From contig JAEORO010000025.1 of the NCBI GenBank assembly GCA_016840855.1, positions 1-57,331 on the forward strand: 57,331 nt of DNA, given 5' to 3'. Positions 48,194 through 57,331 of this stretch are shown here, piece after piece. Numbering within the stretch: position 1 is the first letter of the stretch; each line of letters opens with the position of its first letter. The DNA is from Candidatus Thorarchaeota archaeon. GTDB taxonomy: Archaea; Asgardarchaeota; Thorarchaeia; Thorarchaeales; Thorarchaeaceae. Position numbers and translations under genes: made by a program. The notes beneath the pieces were generated by a model that did not search any database, was not told the origin of the DNA, and saw only the letters and a list, made by a program, of their open reading frames with translations.

Positions 48194-49162
48194 CTATAGT
48201 TTAGTTAATATCTGAAGGATATTTCCAAAGTTGTGTTCGACAGTACGACTCTTCTCCGCATACCCTGCAAGTGTTCTCAATCTGCTATCTTTTTCTGAAA
48301 GCTGACAAAACCTGTTAGATCTAATCTCAGCATGTATCTGCTCATTCAGTTCAATTATTTCATCAGAAGACTTCAGAACATATTGAAGCATTTTGATTAG
48401 TAAATTAAACTCATTGATATCCCTGAGCTGGAGAGTTTGACTATAAAACTGAAATTCAAGTCTGGCAAGTTTCTCTCTCATAGCAACGAGATTCAATAAC
48501 CAATCTTCCACTCCATCTTCTGCTAATTCCTGACCAAGTTTCGCCCAATAACTCTGTTGATCTAAAAGTTGAACTAAGTAGGTACGAAGGAATTGGAAAT
48601 GGTCAACGCCACTTTCGATATCATCTTCAGTCCCGATAGGTTGCATCATTTGATCGGTTTGACTATGTTTCACAGCTATCATGAGTGAAAATTTGTCCAC
48701 GTACTTCTTGACTTCTTCAGTTTTTTCTCGCTCTGTTAAAAGATCTGTAAATGTATCTCCAAGTGTAAGGATGAATTTATAGAGACACTCAGAACATATT
48801 TCCGCGTTACTTGTAATCTCTTTTGTAGACAAGAATTGCATTGCATCCTCAAGATCATCTCCTGGGACATCTTTTCCGTGGATTCTTAATATCCATCCCT
48901 GAGAGATACAATATACCTTGTTGTCGGGATAGTTGATATAGATCGATGCATAGCACACATTACCCTCACTCGCACGTTCTTCTTCCATGCTCTCTCTGTC
49001 TTGATGATAGGAGAAGATAGCAGGGTCGATTTCGATTGCTTCAATCTCTAGAACTTTGTCATCATTTACACAGAGTCTTTCGTCTCCAAACACCTTGTAC
49101 ACGGGGCAACCTCTAACAAGTTTGATGTTAGATTTCTGCGTTTGTTCGCCCGTCCCAAGCAA
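48194..49162 (-). CDS. Cys-rich hypothetical protein, paralog A
   Basis: LVRGCPVYKVFGDERLCVND, YCISQ, CSECLYKF, LARLEFQF shared with the next gene. Confidence 0.75.
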   Translation of the reverse strand: MLGTGEQTQKSNIKLVRGCPVYKVFGDERLCVNDDKVLEIEAIEIDPAIFSYHQDRESMEEERASEGNVCYASIYINYPDNKVYCISQGWILRIHGKDVPGDDLEDAMQFLSTKEITSNAEICSECLYKFILTLGDTFTDLLTEREKTEEVKKYVDKFSLMIAVKHSQTDQMMQPIGTEDDIESGVDHFQFLRTYLVQLLDQQSYWAKLGQELAEDGVEDWLLNLVAMREKLARLEFQFYSQTLQLRDINEFNLLIKMLQYVLKSSDEIIELNEQIHAEIRSNRFCQLSEKDSRLRTLAGYAEKSRTVEHNFGNILQILTKL

Positions 49163-49247
49163 CTGTTATTTCTCCATTTTATATCAGTTTCAATTTTAGG
49201 TGCTAAAGAATTGCATCTGATTACCATAAGTCACCATTTAGGAGTTA

Positions 49248-50207
49248 TTATGTAGTATGTGTGTCTATATTGTGTAGTGCAGACACAAGATTGCTGAATT
49301 TGTATTCGGCAATTTTTCTGGTTTCAGCATGTTGAGAAAGCATTTCTCGTATACTTTCTGGGAGCGCATCACGTTCCGTTAGACTATTAGTAATCTCCCG
49401 AATCGAATTGTTAACATTGATGACTTTCTCTGACACACCAACCATGAATCTTAATGTGCTGAGTAAGTCTGTTTCTTCATCTGAATCGTCAAGCGACAAC
49501 ACTTGAAACAAGAAAATTGATTCCAATCTTGCTAGTGTACTATATAGCTCAATCAACTCAATCAGGTCCTCCTCTGCTTCTGCTTTTCTCAGGTTGAGGA
49601 TCATCGATGCCCAATGGGATCTGCTTCTGTTGATCTCTCTAAGGTAACCCCACAGATGGTTAGTGAAGTCTGATTTTCCACTACTACTATCATAATTTGT
49701 TAATTGGATGGCCATGTTCGTTGCCAACTCACGAACATATTTCGCTATTATTTCGTTCCTCTCATCATCTGTAAGAAAGCCTTCTGAGCCTTCCCCCAAG
49801 GTCCTAAGGTACCTATAGAGGCAGTCTGAACAGAGAACTCCGTCTCTGCTCTTCTCCGACGAGGTTACAAACTGCAGAGCATTCTCGATTTCCGCTACTT
49901 TGACATCCTTATTATTAATGCAGATTCGCTGGTTCTGACTCACGCAATAACAAACACCATCATCTCGATCGAGAAACATTAACAAATAACACATACTTAC
50001 ATTATCGCTTCGAAACTCAGCCAGCTGCGATTTTGAGCGAAGAGGAGTGAAAAAACTTGGGTCTACTGAAATCGCATTTATTGGTAAAATACTGTCGTTG
50101 TTTAAGCAGACCTTCTCATCACCAAACTCGCGGTAACAACAGCAACCTCTCACAAGATGCGTCGGTTCTTGTATTGAACTTGAGGTGATGTCTCGGTCTA
50201 CATTCAC
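49248..50207 (-). CDS. Cys-rich hypothetical protein, paralog B
   Basis: LVRGCCCYREFGDEKVCLNN, YCVSQ, CSDCLYRY, LARLESIF. Confidence 0.7.
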   Translation of the reverse strand: MNVDRDITSSSIQEPTHLVRGCCCYREFGDEKVCLNNDSILPINAISVDPSFFTPLRSKSQLAEFRSDNVSMCYLLMFLDRDDGVCYCVSQNQRICINNKDVKVAEIENALQFVTSSEKSRDGVLCSDCLYRYLRTLGEGSEGFLTDDERNEIIAKYVRELATNMAIQLTNYDSSSGKSDFTNHLWGYLREINRSRSHWASMILNLRKAEAEEDLIELIELYSTLARLESIFLFQVLSLDDSDEETDLLSTLRFMVGVSEKVINVNNSIREITNSLTERDALPESIREMLSQHAETRKIAEYKFSNLVSALHNIDTHTT

Positions 50208-50362
50208 TTGGAACGCCTCTGGCTTGACTTACCCTCTTATTCCATATTCATAAATATGAAATAATATCAAGGTTTCTTCAACAGGCTGCCAGTTCCAATA
50301 TGGTGGCGGCTAGTCAAGCCTCAGAATCTGAGTTCGCATTTGAATGAATCTAGGATGTTCGG

Positions 50363-50390
50363 AAAAAGAATGGAGCTTGTGGGGCTCCAT
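50363..50390 (-). terminator. Hairpin terminator after cdrS-like gene
   Basis: ATGGAGC-N7-GCTCCAT stem followed on the minus strand by TCTTTTT. Confidence 0.55.
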
Positions 50391-50397
50391 CATTTAA

Positions 50398-50538
50398 TCA
50401 ACCCCACAGCTCTCTTTTGAGCAAATCACGAATGGCAATTCTGATGGCTTCAGATCTATTTGGATAGAGGTTATTCTCAACAAGCTTCTCTAAACCATCA
50501 ACATAAGTTTCTGGAATGTGCAAGGTTACGAGCTTCAT
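50398..50538 (-). CDS. cdrS: CdrS/aCcr1-like ribbon-helix-helix regulator (46 aa; missing from ORF track)
   Basis: Manual translation MKLVTLHIPETYVDGLEKLVENNLYPNRSEAIRIAIRDLLKRELWG; AGGTGA SD upstream; YPNRSEAIR signature. Confidence 0.85.
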   Translation of the reverse strand: MKLVTLHIPETYVDGLEKLVENNLYPNRSEAIRIAIRDLLKRELWG

Positions 50539-50745
50539 CTCGATAATCACCTAGGTATTTTCAGCGTCATACCCGAATATGGATGTAAGTAATACTAGGT
50601 TGGTATTCAACTTGAACTGGCCGTAACTTGGATATTATCTGAGAACAAGTAGCAATTTGTGTACTGGGTTAATCCTCTAAGCGATATCTTATAACTATCT
50701 TGCATCGACGACCGACTCTGACCAAACCTTAGGTCGTGCAGTAAA

Positions 50746-52860
50746 TTGGATCGACAAAAAGGCATTGATTACCTGTTCAATCCGCGTTCAATAGCAGTCA
50801 TAGGTGCCTCAGCAACAAGAGGAAAACTGGGTAATGACGTCCTTCGAAATTTAGTCGATAGTGGATATAGTGGTCGAATCTATCCTGTGAATCCTCGAAG
50901 CGGCGAGATTCTGGGAATGAAGGTGTATCGTTCGATTTCTGATATTGCGAATAGCCTCGATGTTGCGATTATTGTTATTCCCGCAGAACGCGTACTCGAA
51001 GCTGTAGAAGAATGTGGAAAGAAAGGCGCGAAGGCACTAGTTATCATTACTGCAGGATTCAAGGAAATAGGTCATGAAGGTCAAGAAGCTGAGAAAAAAC
51101 TCATTGAGCTGGCTGAGAAATATGAAATGGTTATTCAAGGACCTAACTGCTTAGGGATTATCAACACAAGTGCTCCTTACAACGCCTCGTTCTCAGCTGG
51201 AACCCCTCGAAAAGGCTCAATCGCATTTGCTTCACAGTCTGGTGCTCTCATGACTGGAATTCTTGATTGGAGTCTCATGGAAAAAATTGGCTTCTCAAAA
51301 TTCGTTAGTCTTGGTAACAAGGCTCACCTGGACGAATCAGACTTTATAGAAGCATTTGGTCGAGATCCGGATTCTACTTTCATACTCCTGTATATTGAAT
51401 CAGTAGTTGATGGTCGAAAGTTCATGGAAGTATGTAGAAAAGTTATTCCTTCAAAACCAATATTTGTGGTTAAATCCGGTGTGAGCGCAGCAGGGGCAAG
51501 GGCTGCATCATCACATACAGGATCATTAGCAGGGAGCGATACTGCTTATGATGTCGCATTCAAACAATGTGGAGTTAGACGCGCAAGTAACATGGCTGCT
51601 CTATTCGATGTAGCCTCTGTCTTTGATGATATGTATCTTCCCTCAGGAAATCGCGTAGCTATCATCACAAATGCAGGTGGTCCTGGAATTCTCACAACTG
51701 ATGCATGTGAGGCAAGTGGTTTACAGATTGCTAAGCTGTCATCTGAAACCATAGAATACCTAAAAAAGAATTTACCTCCAGCAGCTTCAGTTTTCAACCC
51801 AATTGATGCTCTCGGGACTGCACAACCTGAAGATTATGCACTATGCGTTGAGGCATCTCTGAGTGATGAGAATGTCGACTCGGTCATAGTACTTCTAACA
51901 CCCCAAGCTATGACTAAAGAAAGTGAAACAGCTCAAGTTCTAGTTGAATCTCATAGAAAATACCCAAACAAACCACTAGTAGCAGTGTTTATGGGTGGCA
52001 ACTCCATGGTGTACCCTAGAATAATCCTCACAGAGGGTGGCATCCCAATCTTTGACTTTCCAGAACGTGCAGTACATGCAATTGCAGAACTCTATCATTA
52101 CACAATTAGTCGTGATAATCTGAAACATGAGTCAATTCCTTCATTCAAAGTTGATAAGAAAAAAGTTACAGAAATAATCAAAGCTGTGAAAAAAGACAAA
52201 CGGCGTGTACTGCTTGGAAGTGAAGCACACGCGATTGCGGAAGCTTATGGGATTCCTGTTGCGAGAATTAGACTAGCTACAAGCTCCGAAGAAGCGAAAA
52301 TTCTAGCGGAAGAGCTAGGATATCCTGTGGTCTTGAAAATAGCTAGCCCTGACATCATCCATAAAAGTGACATCGGTGGAATTCGCATAGGGCTTGAATC
52401 ACCAGATGAGGTTGAAGATGCTTTTCTTCAAATTCTTGACAATGTTAAGGCTCACATGCCAAATGCAATGATATATGGTGTGGATGTCCAGGAAATGGTT
52501 GACCAAGGGAAAGAATTGATTATTGGTTGTTCGAGAGATGTACAATTTGGTCCTCTTGTGATGTTTGGTGCTGGTGGAATTTTCGTTAACTTCCTCAAAG
52601 ATGTGGCATTTCGTCTTGCGCCGATGACACGTAGTGATGCAAGTGATGTTATCATGGAAACTAAAATGGGCACACTTTTGAAAGGCGTAAGAGGTGAGGT
52701 TCCTAGTGATATCACCGCGATTGAAGACACAATCCTTAGGATCAGCCAACTTGTAACTGAATATGAGGAAATTGTTGAGCTTGATATCAATCCTGCTTTT
52801 GCCTATGAGCGAGGAAAGGGAGTATCAGCTGTCGATGTCAAAATAACAATTGGAGGGTGA
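50746..52860 (+). CDS. acd: ADP-forming acetyl-CoA synthetase, fused alpha+beta
   Basis: PRSIAVIGAS, GPNCLG, SQSGAL, SHTGSLAG (phospho-His), TNAGGPG, NPIDALG, HKSDIGG, ELDINP. Confidence 0.92.
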   Translation: MDRQKGIDYLFNPRSIAVIGASATRGKLGNDVLRNLVDSGYSGRIYPVNPRSGEILGMKVYRSISDIANSLDVAIIVIPAERVLEAVEECGKKGAKALVIITAGFKEIGHEGQEAEKKLIELAEKYEMVIQGPNCLGIINTSAPYNASFSAGTPRKGSIAFASQSGALMTGILDWSLMEKIGFSKFVSLGNKAHLDESDFIEAFGRDPDSTFILLYIESVVDGRKFMEVCRKVIPSKPIFVVKSGVSAAGARAASSHTGSLAGSDTAYDVAFKQCGVRRASNMAALFDVASVFDDMYLPSGNRVAIITNAGGPGILTTDACEASGLQIAKLSSETIEYLKKNLPPAASVFNPIDALGTAQPEDYALCVEASLSDENVDSVIVLLTPQAMTKESETAQVLVESHRKYPNKPLVAVFMGGNSMVYPRIILTEGGIPIFDFPERAVHAIAELYHYTISRDNLKHESIPSFKVDKKKVTEIIKAVKKDKRRVLLGSEAHAIAEAYGIPVARIRLATSSEEAKILAEELGYPVVLKIASPDIIHKSDIGGIRIGLESPDEVEDAFLQILDNVKAHMPNAMIYGVDVQEMVDQGKELIIGCSRDVQFGPLVMFGAGGIFVNFLKDVAFRLAPMTRSDASDVIMETKMGTLLKGVRGEVPSDITAIEDTILRISQLVTEYEEIVELDINPAFAYERGKGVSAVDVKITIGG

Positions 52861-52864
52861 TAGA

Positions 52865-53929
52865 ATGGTCGAAAATATAGTGATTAGTGGAGATACTCTT
52901 ACTGGAAAGACAATGGTTGCCATTGCCTTAGCGGCTAAACTAAGAGAGAAGGGGAAATCTGTAGGTTACTTCAAACCAGTCGGGACAAAGAGCTATGAAT
53001 ACAGTACAAGTACTGAAGATATTGATGAAGACGCGGCCATCATGAAGGATCTTCTTGGTATGAACCAGCGACTCACATGCATAAGTCCAATTGTTCGTAC
53101 TATGTCGAGCTACGATGAGCTGTTGAGAATTGGTCATGATGAACTGATGAATCAAATCATGGATTGCTACTCTGAGATTTCAAAAGGTTTGGATTATATG
53201 ATTGTAGAAGGAACAAAAGCATCTTGGCATTTATTACATGTTGACCTATCAACACCCCAGATAGCAAAGGATCTAACAGCATCAGTAATATGTTTGGTGA
53301 ACTTTCTGGATATTACAGCCATAGATGACATACTTCTTCAAATAGAACTCTTTAAGCAGCATGGTATTGATAATGTAAGCATCGTTCTTAACATGGTGCC
53401 TCCGATGCTCAGAAAGACAGTTACTGAGCAAATTGGACCGTTCCTTTCTGAAAGAGGTATTAATCTCGTAGGAGTCATCTATCGGAATCGTGAGTTGTTC
53501 AGTCCTACTGTTCGAGAGATTCAAAGAGCTCTAGATGGAGAAATGATTACTGGTGCCGATAAATTAGACCTTCTTATTGACCGTTTTATGGTAGGCAGCA
53601 TGGCTCCAGAGAATGCTCTCAAATGGTTTCGACGTGCACATGATAAAGCTGTTATTACGAGTGGTGACAGATCAGATATTTGTCTGACAGCTCTTGAAAC
53701 AGATACTAACTTGCTTATTCTGACGGGAGGTATGGGGCCTGATATTAGGACTGTAGCTCGTGCACGTGAGTTAGGTGTTCCAGTTATGATGACTGCTCAT
53801 GACACCTATACGACTGGGCAGATAGTCGATGGTCTGATTGGAACTGTTACAGTCGATAATAAAGAAAAGTTGGCCATTGTTGAGAAGATTGTAGGGGACT
53901 CACTCGATTTGAGGAAGATTCTCAAATAA
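52865..53929 (+). CDS. BioD-like/DRTGG phosphotransacetylase N-terminal-family protein
   Basis: GKT P-loop, GYFKPVG, VEG, ITSGDRSD, LILTGG; commonly paired with acd; ATG 52865. Confidence 0.85.
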   Translation: MVENIVISGDTLTGKTMVAIALAAKLREKGKSVGYFKPVGTKSYEYSTSTEDIDEDAAIMKDLLGMNQRLTCISPIVRTMSSYDELLRIGHDELMNQIMDCYSEISKGLDYMIVEGTKASWHLLHVDLSTPQIAKDLTASVICLVNFLDITAIDDILLQIELFKQHGIDNVSIVLNMVPPMLRKTVTEQIGPFLSERGINLVGVIYRNRELFSPTVREIQRALDGEMITGADKLDLLIDRFMVGSMAPENALKWFRRAHDKAVITSGDRSDICLTALETDTNLLILTGGMGPDIRTVARARELGVPVMMTAHDTYTTGQIVDGLIGTVTVDNKEKLAIVEKIVGDSLDLRKILK

Positions 53930-53943
53930 CCAAGAGAAAGGCA

Positions 53944-53961
53944 GGGAGCATTCCTGCTCCC
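53944..53961 (+). terminator. Hairpin downstream of the acd operon
   Basis: GGGAGCA-TTCC-TGCTCCC. Confidence 0.45.
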
Positions 53962-54246
53962 AATTCATAAAGAGGGGAACGCACAAGCCGGGAGGAGCAT
54001 TGTGCGCCTAGAACTTACTTGAAATTCTATCATAAGTCAGCTTGTATATTGCAGCCAATACTGGGTTTATACTCAGAGTATGATTGGGAACTGCTCTGGG
54101 TATAATTCTAGGCTTTATTAAAAATTGATAAAAAAACCCATCAAATTGGCTTTTTTGAACCCATTTTCGATGCCTCGGAATACATTTATGCTGGCTCTTT
54201 TTAATCGGAGCCGGTCAACAATAGAAATTGTTGAGGTTGTGTACAA

Positions 54247-55008
54247 ATGGCTTCAGATGCAGAGAGTAAAGCCGCAAGTGAATCTGAAGATGGAGTGAAA
54301 ACTGCGCAAGAGCTTGAATCCTTGAAATGGATTCGAGAGAGACGCTCTATCAGAGAATTCACTGGCGAAAAAATACCTGATGAGCACATCGAGTTGATTT
54401 TGGAGGCAGCGCGACATGCGCCAAGTCCCGAGAATATGCTGATGATGCGTTTTGTTGTAATTCGAGATGACCAAGAAACCAAAGTCTTCCTGGCAAATAT
54501 TGCACAGGAAATGGCTCAGACTGCTTTTGGAGGGGCTCCATTTGAACTTACAAGTGGACGTAACTGGTTTATCAGTGACCCTTACAGAGCTGCTGTCTAC
54601 GCTAGACTAAGAGATGGTGAATTATTTAGGTATCCCGAAAAAAGTGACACTGTTATTATTGTCTGTGCTAGCGAAGCGTGGCATGATGCAGGTTATCTCT
54701 ATCCAAACTCACTTTTTGGTTCTGTTGTCTGTGGTATGGCAGTGCAGAACATGTGGCTAGTTGCCACTGAGCTTGGATATGGTTGTGGGTATGAAGCCCT
54801 TGTTTGCTCGGATCCCCGACATGCTGAATTAATTAGAGATCGACTTGGAATTCCACCAATATGGGAACCACTCACAGCATTTTGTATTGGGAAACGTATA
54901 TCTCCAAGGGCATTAGGTCCTAGTCGAGCTCCTCTCGAAGGACTCATGTATGAGGAACGGTGGGGTAATCCATATACTCGGTTAGCGTTCAGGAAGGAGG
55001 ATAAGTGA
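54247..55008 (+). CDS. Nitroreductase-family flavoprotein
   Basis: RRSIREF, LILEAARHAPSPEN, AVQNMWLVATELGYG. Confidence 0.9.
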   Translation: MASDAESKAASESEDGVKTAQELESLKWIRERRSIREFTGEKIPDEHIELILEAARHAPSPENMLMMRFVVIRDDQETKVFLANIAQEMAQTAFGGAPFELTSGRNWFISDPYRAAVYARLRDGELFRYPEKSDTVIIVCASEAWHDAGYLYPNSLFGSVVCGMAVQNMWLVATELGYGCGYEALVCSDPRHAELIRDRLGIPPIWEPLTAFCIGKRISPRALGPSRAPLEGLMYEERWGNPYTRLAFRKEDK

Positions 55009-55009
55009 T

Positions 55010-55537
55010 ATGGACGTCAATTTCGAAGGCAAAACCCTTGAGAACATGAAGAAACTAGCTGAAGAATCCGGTCTTACCCTTGAAGGGTTAATCGAAGTAG
55101 TTATGGAGCAGTTCTGTGACAATACTGGAGGGCGAGTATACACTGGTAGATGGACTGGTGGTGAGGTGGATGGAGAGAAAGGCTTCCGCTATGTCCCACA
55201 GTGGCCTTTTAGACCTGGCTTCAAGGAAGCTACTGGTGATAAGGTAAAGAAATGGAAATCTGGTGGAAAATCCTTTCGGCCGCATCCAACTGGCGCATGG
55301 CCCTTCTATCCTCGACTCAAGGAAGGAGATATTCAACATGAATATTGGAATACCAAGAAAATGATTCATCAAGCCTTCATTAACGACAGAAAAGGACGAA
55401 TTGTTGTCCTAATGGATGGCGATAAGTTTGATTCATTTATTGATAAAATCAAGGAGAAGAAAGGCAACTTCTGGGCAACAACAATTGATGCTGTGATGCA
55501 TGAGGCTGTTGATGATTGGATGGCAAAGGAGGAATAG
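55010..55537 (+). CDS. Hypothetical protein, possibly two RHH-like modules
   Basis: GGAGG SD; N- and C-terminal strand-helix-helix patterns; internal WPF-x-P-x-x-KE repeat. Confidence 0.6.
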   Translation: MDVNFEGKTLENMKKLAEESGLTLEGLIEVVMEQFCDNTGGRVYTGRWTGGEVDGEKGFRYVPQWPFRPGFKEATGDKVKKWKSGGKSFRPHPTGAWPFYPRLKEGDIQHEYWNTKKMIHQAFINDRKGRIVVLMDGDKFDSFIDKIKEKKGNFWATTIDAVMHEAVDDWMAKEE

Positions 55538-55541
55538 ATCG

Positions 55542-55901
55542 ATGTCGAAGCTACAAGAATTTTTCAAGTTCTTACAGACGCAATGCAACGCAAAAGATGA
55601 TCTCAAGAAACAACTGGCAAGTTGGGTTGGTCCTTACCATGGAAAAATCCTTCAAGTCCATACTGAGGAAGGCTCACAGTACATGGTTGTAAAGAAGGAT
55701 AGGATTGAGTTGCATGAGGGCACATACCCAAGTCCTGATGTAATCTATAAATCAAATTCTGAAACTCTGCTTGGTATCTTCACGGGAGAGGTTCCATTCA
55801 AAGATACGATGAAGGATGGAAGTCTTGAAGTGATTGGTAATGCTAACGAGAGTGACCCTCTTGCTAACCTGATTCTCGCTGTCATGATGGGTGCCATGTA
55901 G
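55542..55901 (+). CDS. SCP2 sterol/lipid-binding domain protein
   Basis: PDVIYKSNSETLLGIFTGE...MKDGSLEVIGN; GGAGG SD before ATG 55542. Confidence 0.8.
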   Translation: MSKLQEFFKFLQTQCNAKDDLKKQLASWVGPYHGKILQVHTEEGSQYMVVKKDRIELHEGTYPSPDVIYKSNSETLLGIFTGEVPFKDTMKDGSLEVIGNANESDPLANLILAVMMGAM

Positions 55902-55907
55902 GAGGTT

Positions 55908-57035
55908 ATGACAATGGTCAATAAGATTGCAGTCATCGGCGCTGGACTAATGGGCGCAGGAATTGCATATGTTTCAGCATGGAATGGTTTCAATGTGAGT
56001 CTCGTTGACATCAAGCAGGAATATGTCGATGCTGGCATGGAGCGTATTCGTTCAGATGTCATGACTGGCATAGATAAAGGGAAAATCTCAATGACTGATG
56101 CAGAAGGTCTAATGAGTAGACTAAAAGCAACAGTAAATCTTGAAGAAGCTGTCAAAGACGCTGATTTGGTCATCGAGGCTATCTTTGAGAATATGGAGGT
56201 CAAGAAGGAAGTTTTTGCTAAGATAGATGCATCTGCTCCAGCACATGCAATTTTAGCTACAAACACGTCATCATTGAGTATTGATGAACTAGCAAATTCA
56301 ACAAAGCGGCATGACAAATTCATAGGTATGCATTACTTCTCTCCTGTCCCAGCAATGAAGCTCCTGGAGCTGGTAATTGGAGAAAAAACAAGTGATGAAA
56401 CTATAGCCACCTGTGAATCTGTTGGCACAAAACAAGGCAAGACTACAGTGAAGGCAAAAAATAGTCCTGGTTTCATTGTTAATCGTCTTCTTATGCCAGT
56501 AATGCGCGAAGCAATATTAATGCTTGAACGGGGAGAAGCAACAAAGGAGGAGATTGACAATGCTATGTTGCAAGTTGGAAAAGCACCTGCAGGACCTTTT
56601 ACATTGGGTGACTTTGTTGGTTTAGATATTGCATACAATGCTATGTCTACCCTTTACAGAGAGATTGGTGATTGTTTCAAGCCTCCTGACACCCTGAAAA
56701 ACATGGTCGAATCTGGTGCTATAGGGATGAAATCCAAAAAGGGATTTTACTCATATGGTGCTGATGTTGTAGAACCTGAAGAACCAAAGGGTGCTGACCC
56801 AAACTGGATTGTAGAACGGTTGCAAATCCCAGCAGTCCGTGAGGCAATGATACTGGTGGACACTGGGATTGCTAACAAAGAAGACATCGACATGGCAATG
56901 AAGCTAGGCGCAAGCTGGCCAAAAGGTCCATTCGAAATGCTTGACCAATTCGGTGTCAACAAAGTTCGTGATTTCATCAAGAAACTCCATGACGAACTAG
57001 GGGACTGTTATTCACTACCAAAGTATTTAGACTAA
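55908..57035 (+). CDS. 3-hydroxyacyl-CoA dehydrogenase with duplicated C-terminal domain
   Basis: GAGLMGAG, IEAIFE, ATNTSS, GMHYFSP, PGFIVNR, two EID/DID..GPF modules. Confidence 0.93.
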   Translation: MTMVNKIAVIGAGLMGAGIAYVSAWNGFNVSLVDIKQEYVDAGMERIRSDVMTGIDKGKISMTDAEGLMSRLKATVNLEEAVKDADLVIEAIFENMEVKKEVFAKIDASAPAHAILATNTSSLSIDELANSTKRHDKFIGMHYFSPVPAMKLLELVIGEKTSDETIATCESVGTKQGKTTVKAKNSPGFIVNRLLMPVMREAILMLERGEATKEEIDNAMLQVGKAPAGPFTLGDFVGLDIAYNAMSTLYREIGDCFKPPDTLKNMVESGAIGMKSKKGFYSYGADVVEPEEPKGADPNWIVERLQIPAVREAMILVDTGIANKEDIDMAMKLGASWPKGPFEMLDQFGVNKVRDFIKKLHDELGDCYSLPKYLD

Positions 57036-57041
57036 AAAGTC

Positions 57042-57078
57042 TGGCAGGGTAATTGTCCCTGCCAATTTCTTTATTTTT
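57042..57078 (+). terminator. Hairpin plus T-tract terminator
   Basis: TGGCAGGG-N7-CCCTGCCA followed by ATTTCTTTATTTTT. Confidence 0.7.
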
Positions 57079-57179
57079 CAAGATATTTACTCAATACGTT
57101 ATTCTTTGCCAACGATAAATATGGTTTATAAGTCGGTCACGACCTCCGAAATAACAAGTCTCCAAAAAGGTGTAAGCAA

Positions 57180-57331
57180 ATGCCAGAATATGAAACAATA
57201 CTGTATTCAAAAGAGGGTTCGTTTCTTTCTCCTGCAAAGAATGTTGCCGTAATTAAGATGAATCGCGTTGATGCAATGAACGCTTTCAATGCCACAATCC
57301 TCGAAGAGCTTGTTGCGGCTTTGAAAGAAGC
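57180..57331 (+). CDS. Enoyl-CoA hydratase/isomerase (5' partial, runs off window)
   Basis: MPEYETILYSKE...VAVIKMNRVDAMNAFNATILEEL, the crotonase N-terminus. Confidence 0.8.
   Translation, partial: MPEYETILYSKEGSFLSPAKNVAVIKMNRVDAMNAFNATILEELVAALKE

Noticed and set aside
10-56980. Numerous 60-190 aa antisense or alternate-frame ORFs in the track (e.g. 22726-23145, 43629-44063, 55745-56323)
   Set aside because: They overlap well-supported genes and show the Ser/Ile-rich composition of shadow ORFs with no motifs

Overview
Gene-dense, AT-rich archaeal chromosomal window, most likely an Asgard archaeon (Thorarchaeia-like). This assignment is inferred from GGTGA Shine-Dalgarno motifs, an archaeal proteasome alpha subunit, DTD2, a fused ADP-forming acetyl-CoA synthetase, a CdrS-like RHH protein, a Rab-like fold and PCI-like domains. 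It holds about 55 CDSs; I found no rRNA, tRNA, CRISPR array or transposase. The best candidate for an undescribed system is a four-gene minus-strand operon (23246->15514). It encodes (i) a cytoplasmic FG-GAP-type beta-propeller/Zn-ribbon/tandem PCI-like protein, (ii) a dCache-HAMP-TPR-vWA(MIDAS) transmembrane receptor with no kinase or cyclase, (iii) a paralogous dCache-HAMP receptor with no output domain and (iv) a bacterial-type arginine decarboxylase. Both Cache pockets carry an Arg->Glu change suggesting an amine ligand, and they resemble the VWA_N/Cache region of eukaryotic alpha2delta/CACHD1. Other highlights: a Rab-like pseudo-GTPase with a polybasic tail next to an acidic polyproline protein; an unannotated cdrS without ftsZ, upstream of a Cys-rich paralog pair; a Lys->Asp IscS with an IscU fused to a degenerate thioredoxin-reductase domain; a 1300-aa TrmB/coiled-coil protein cluster; and a hairpin repeat family bracketing accessory genes at the left end. 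All family calls come from motif recognition by eye, not from database searches.
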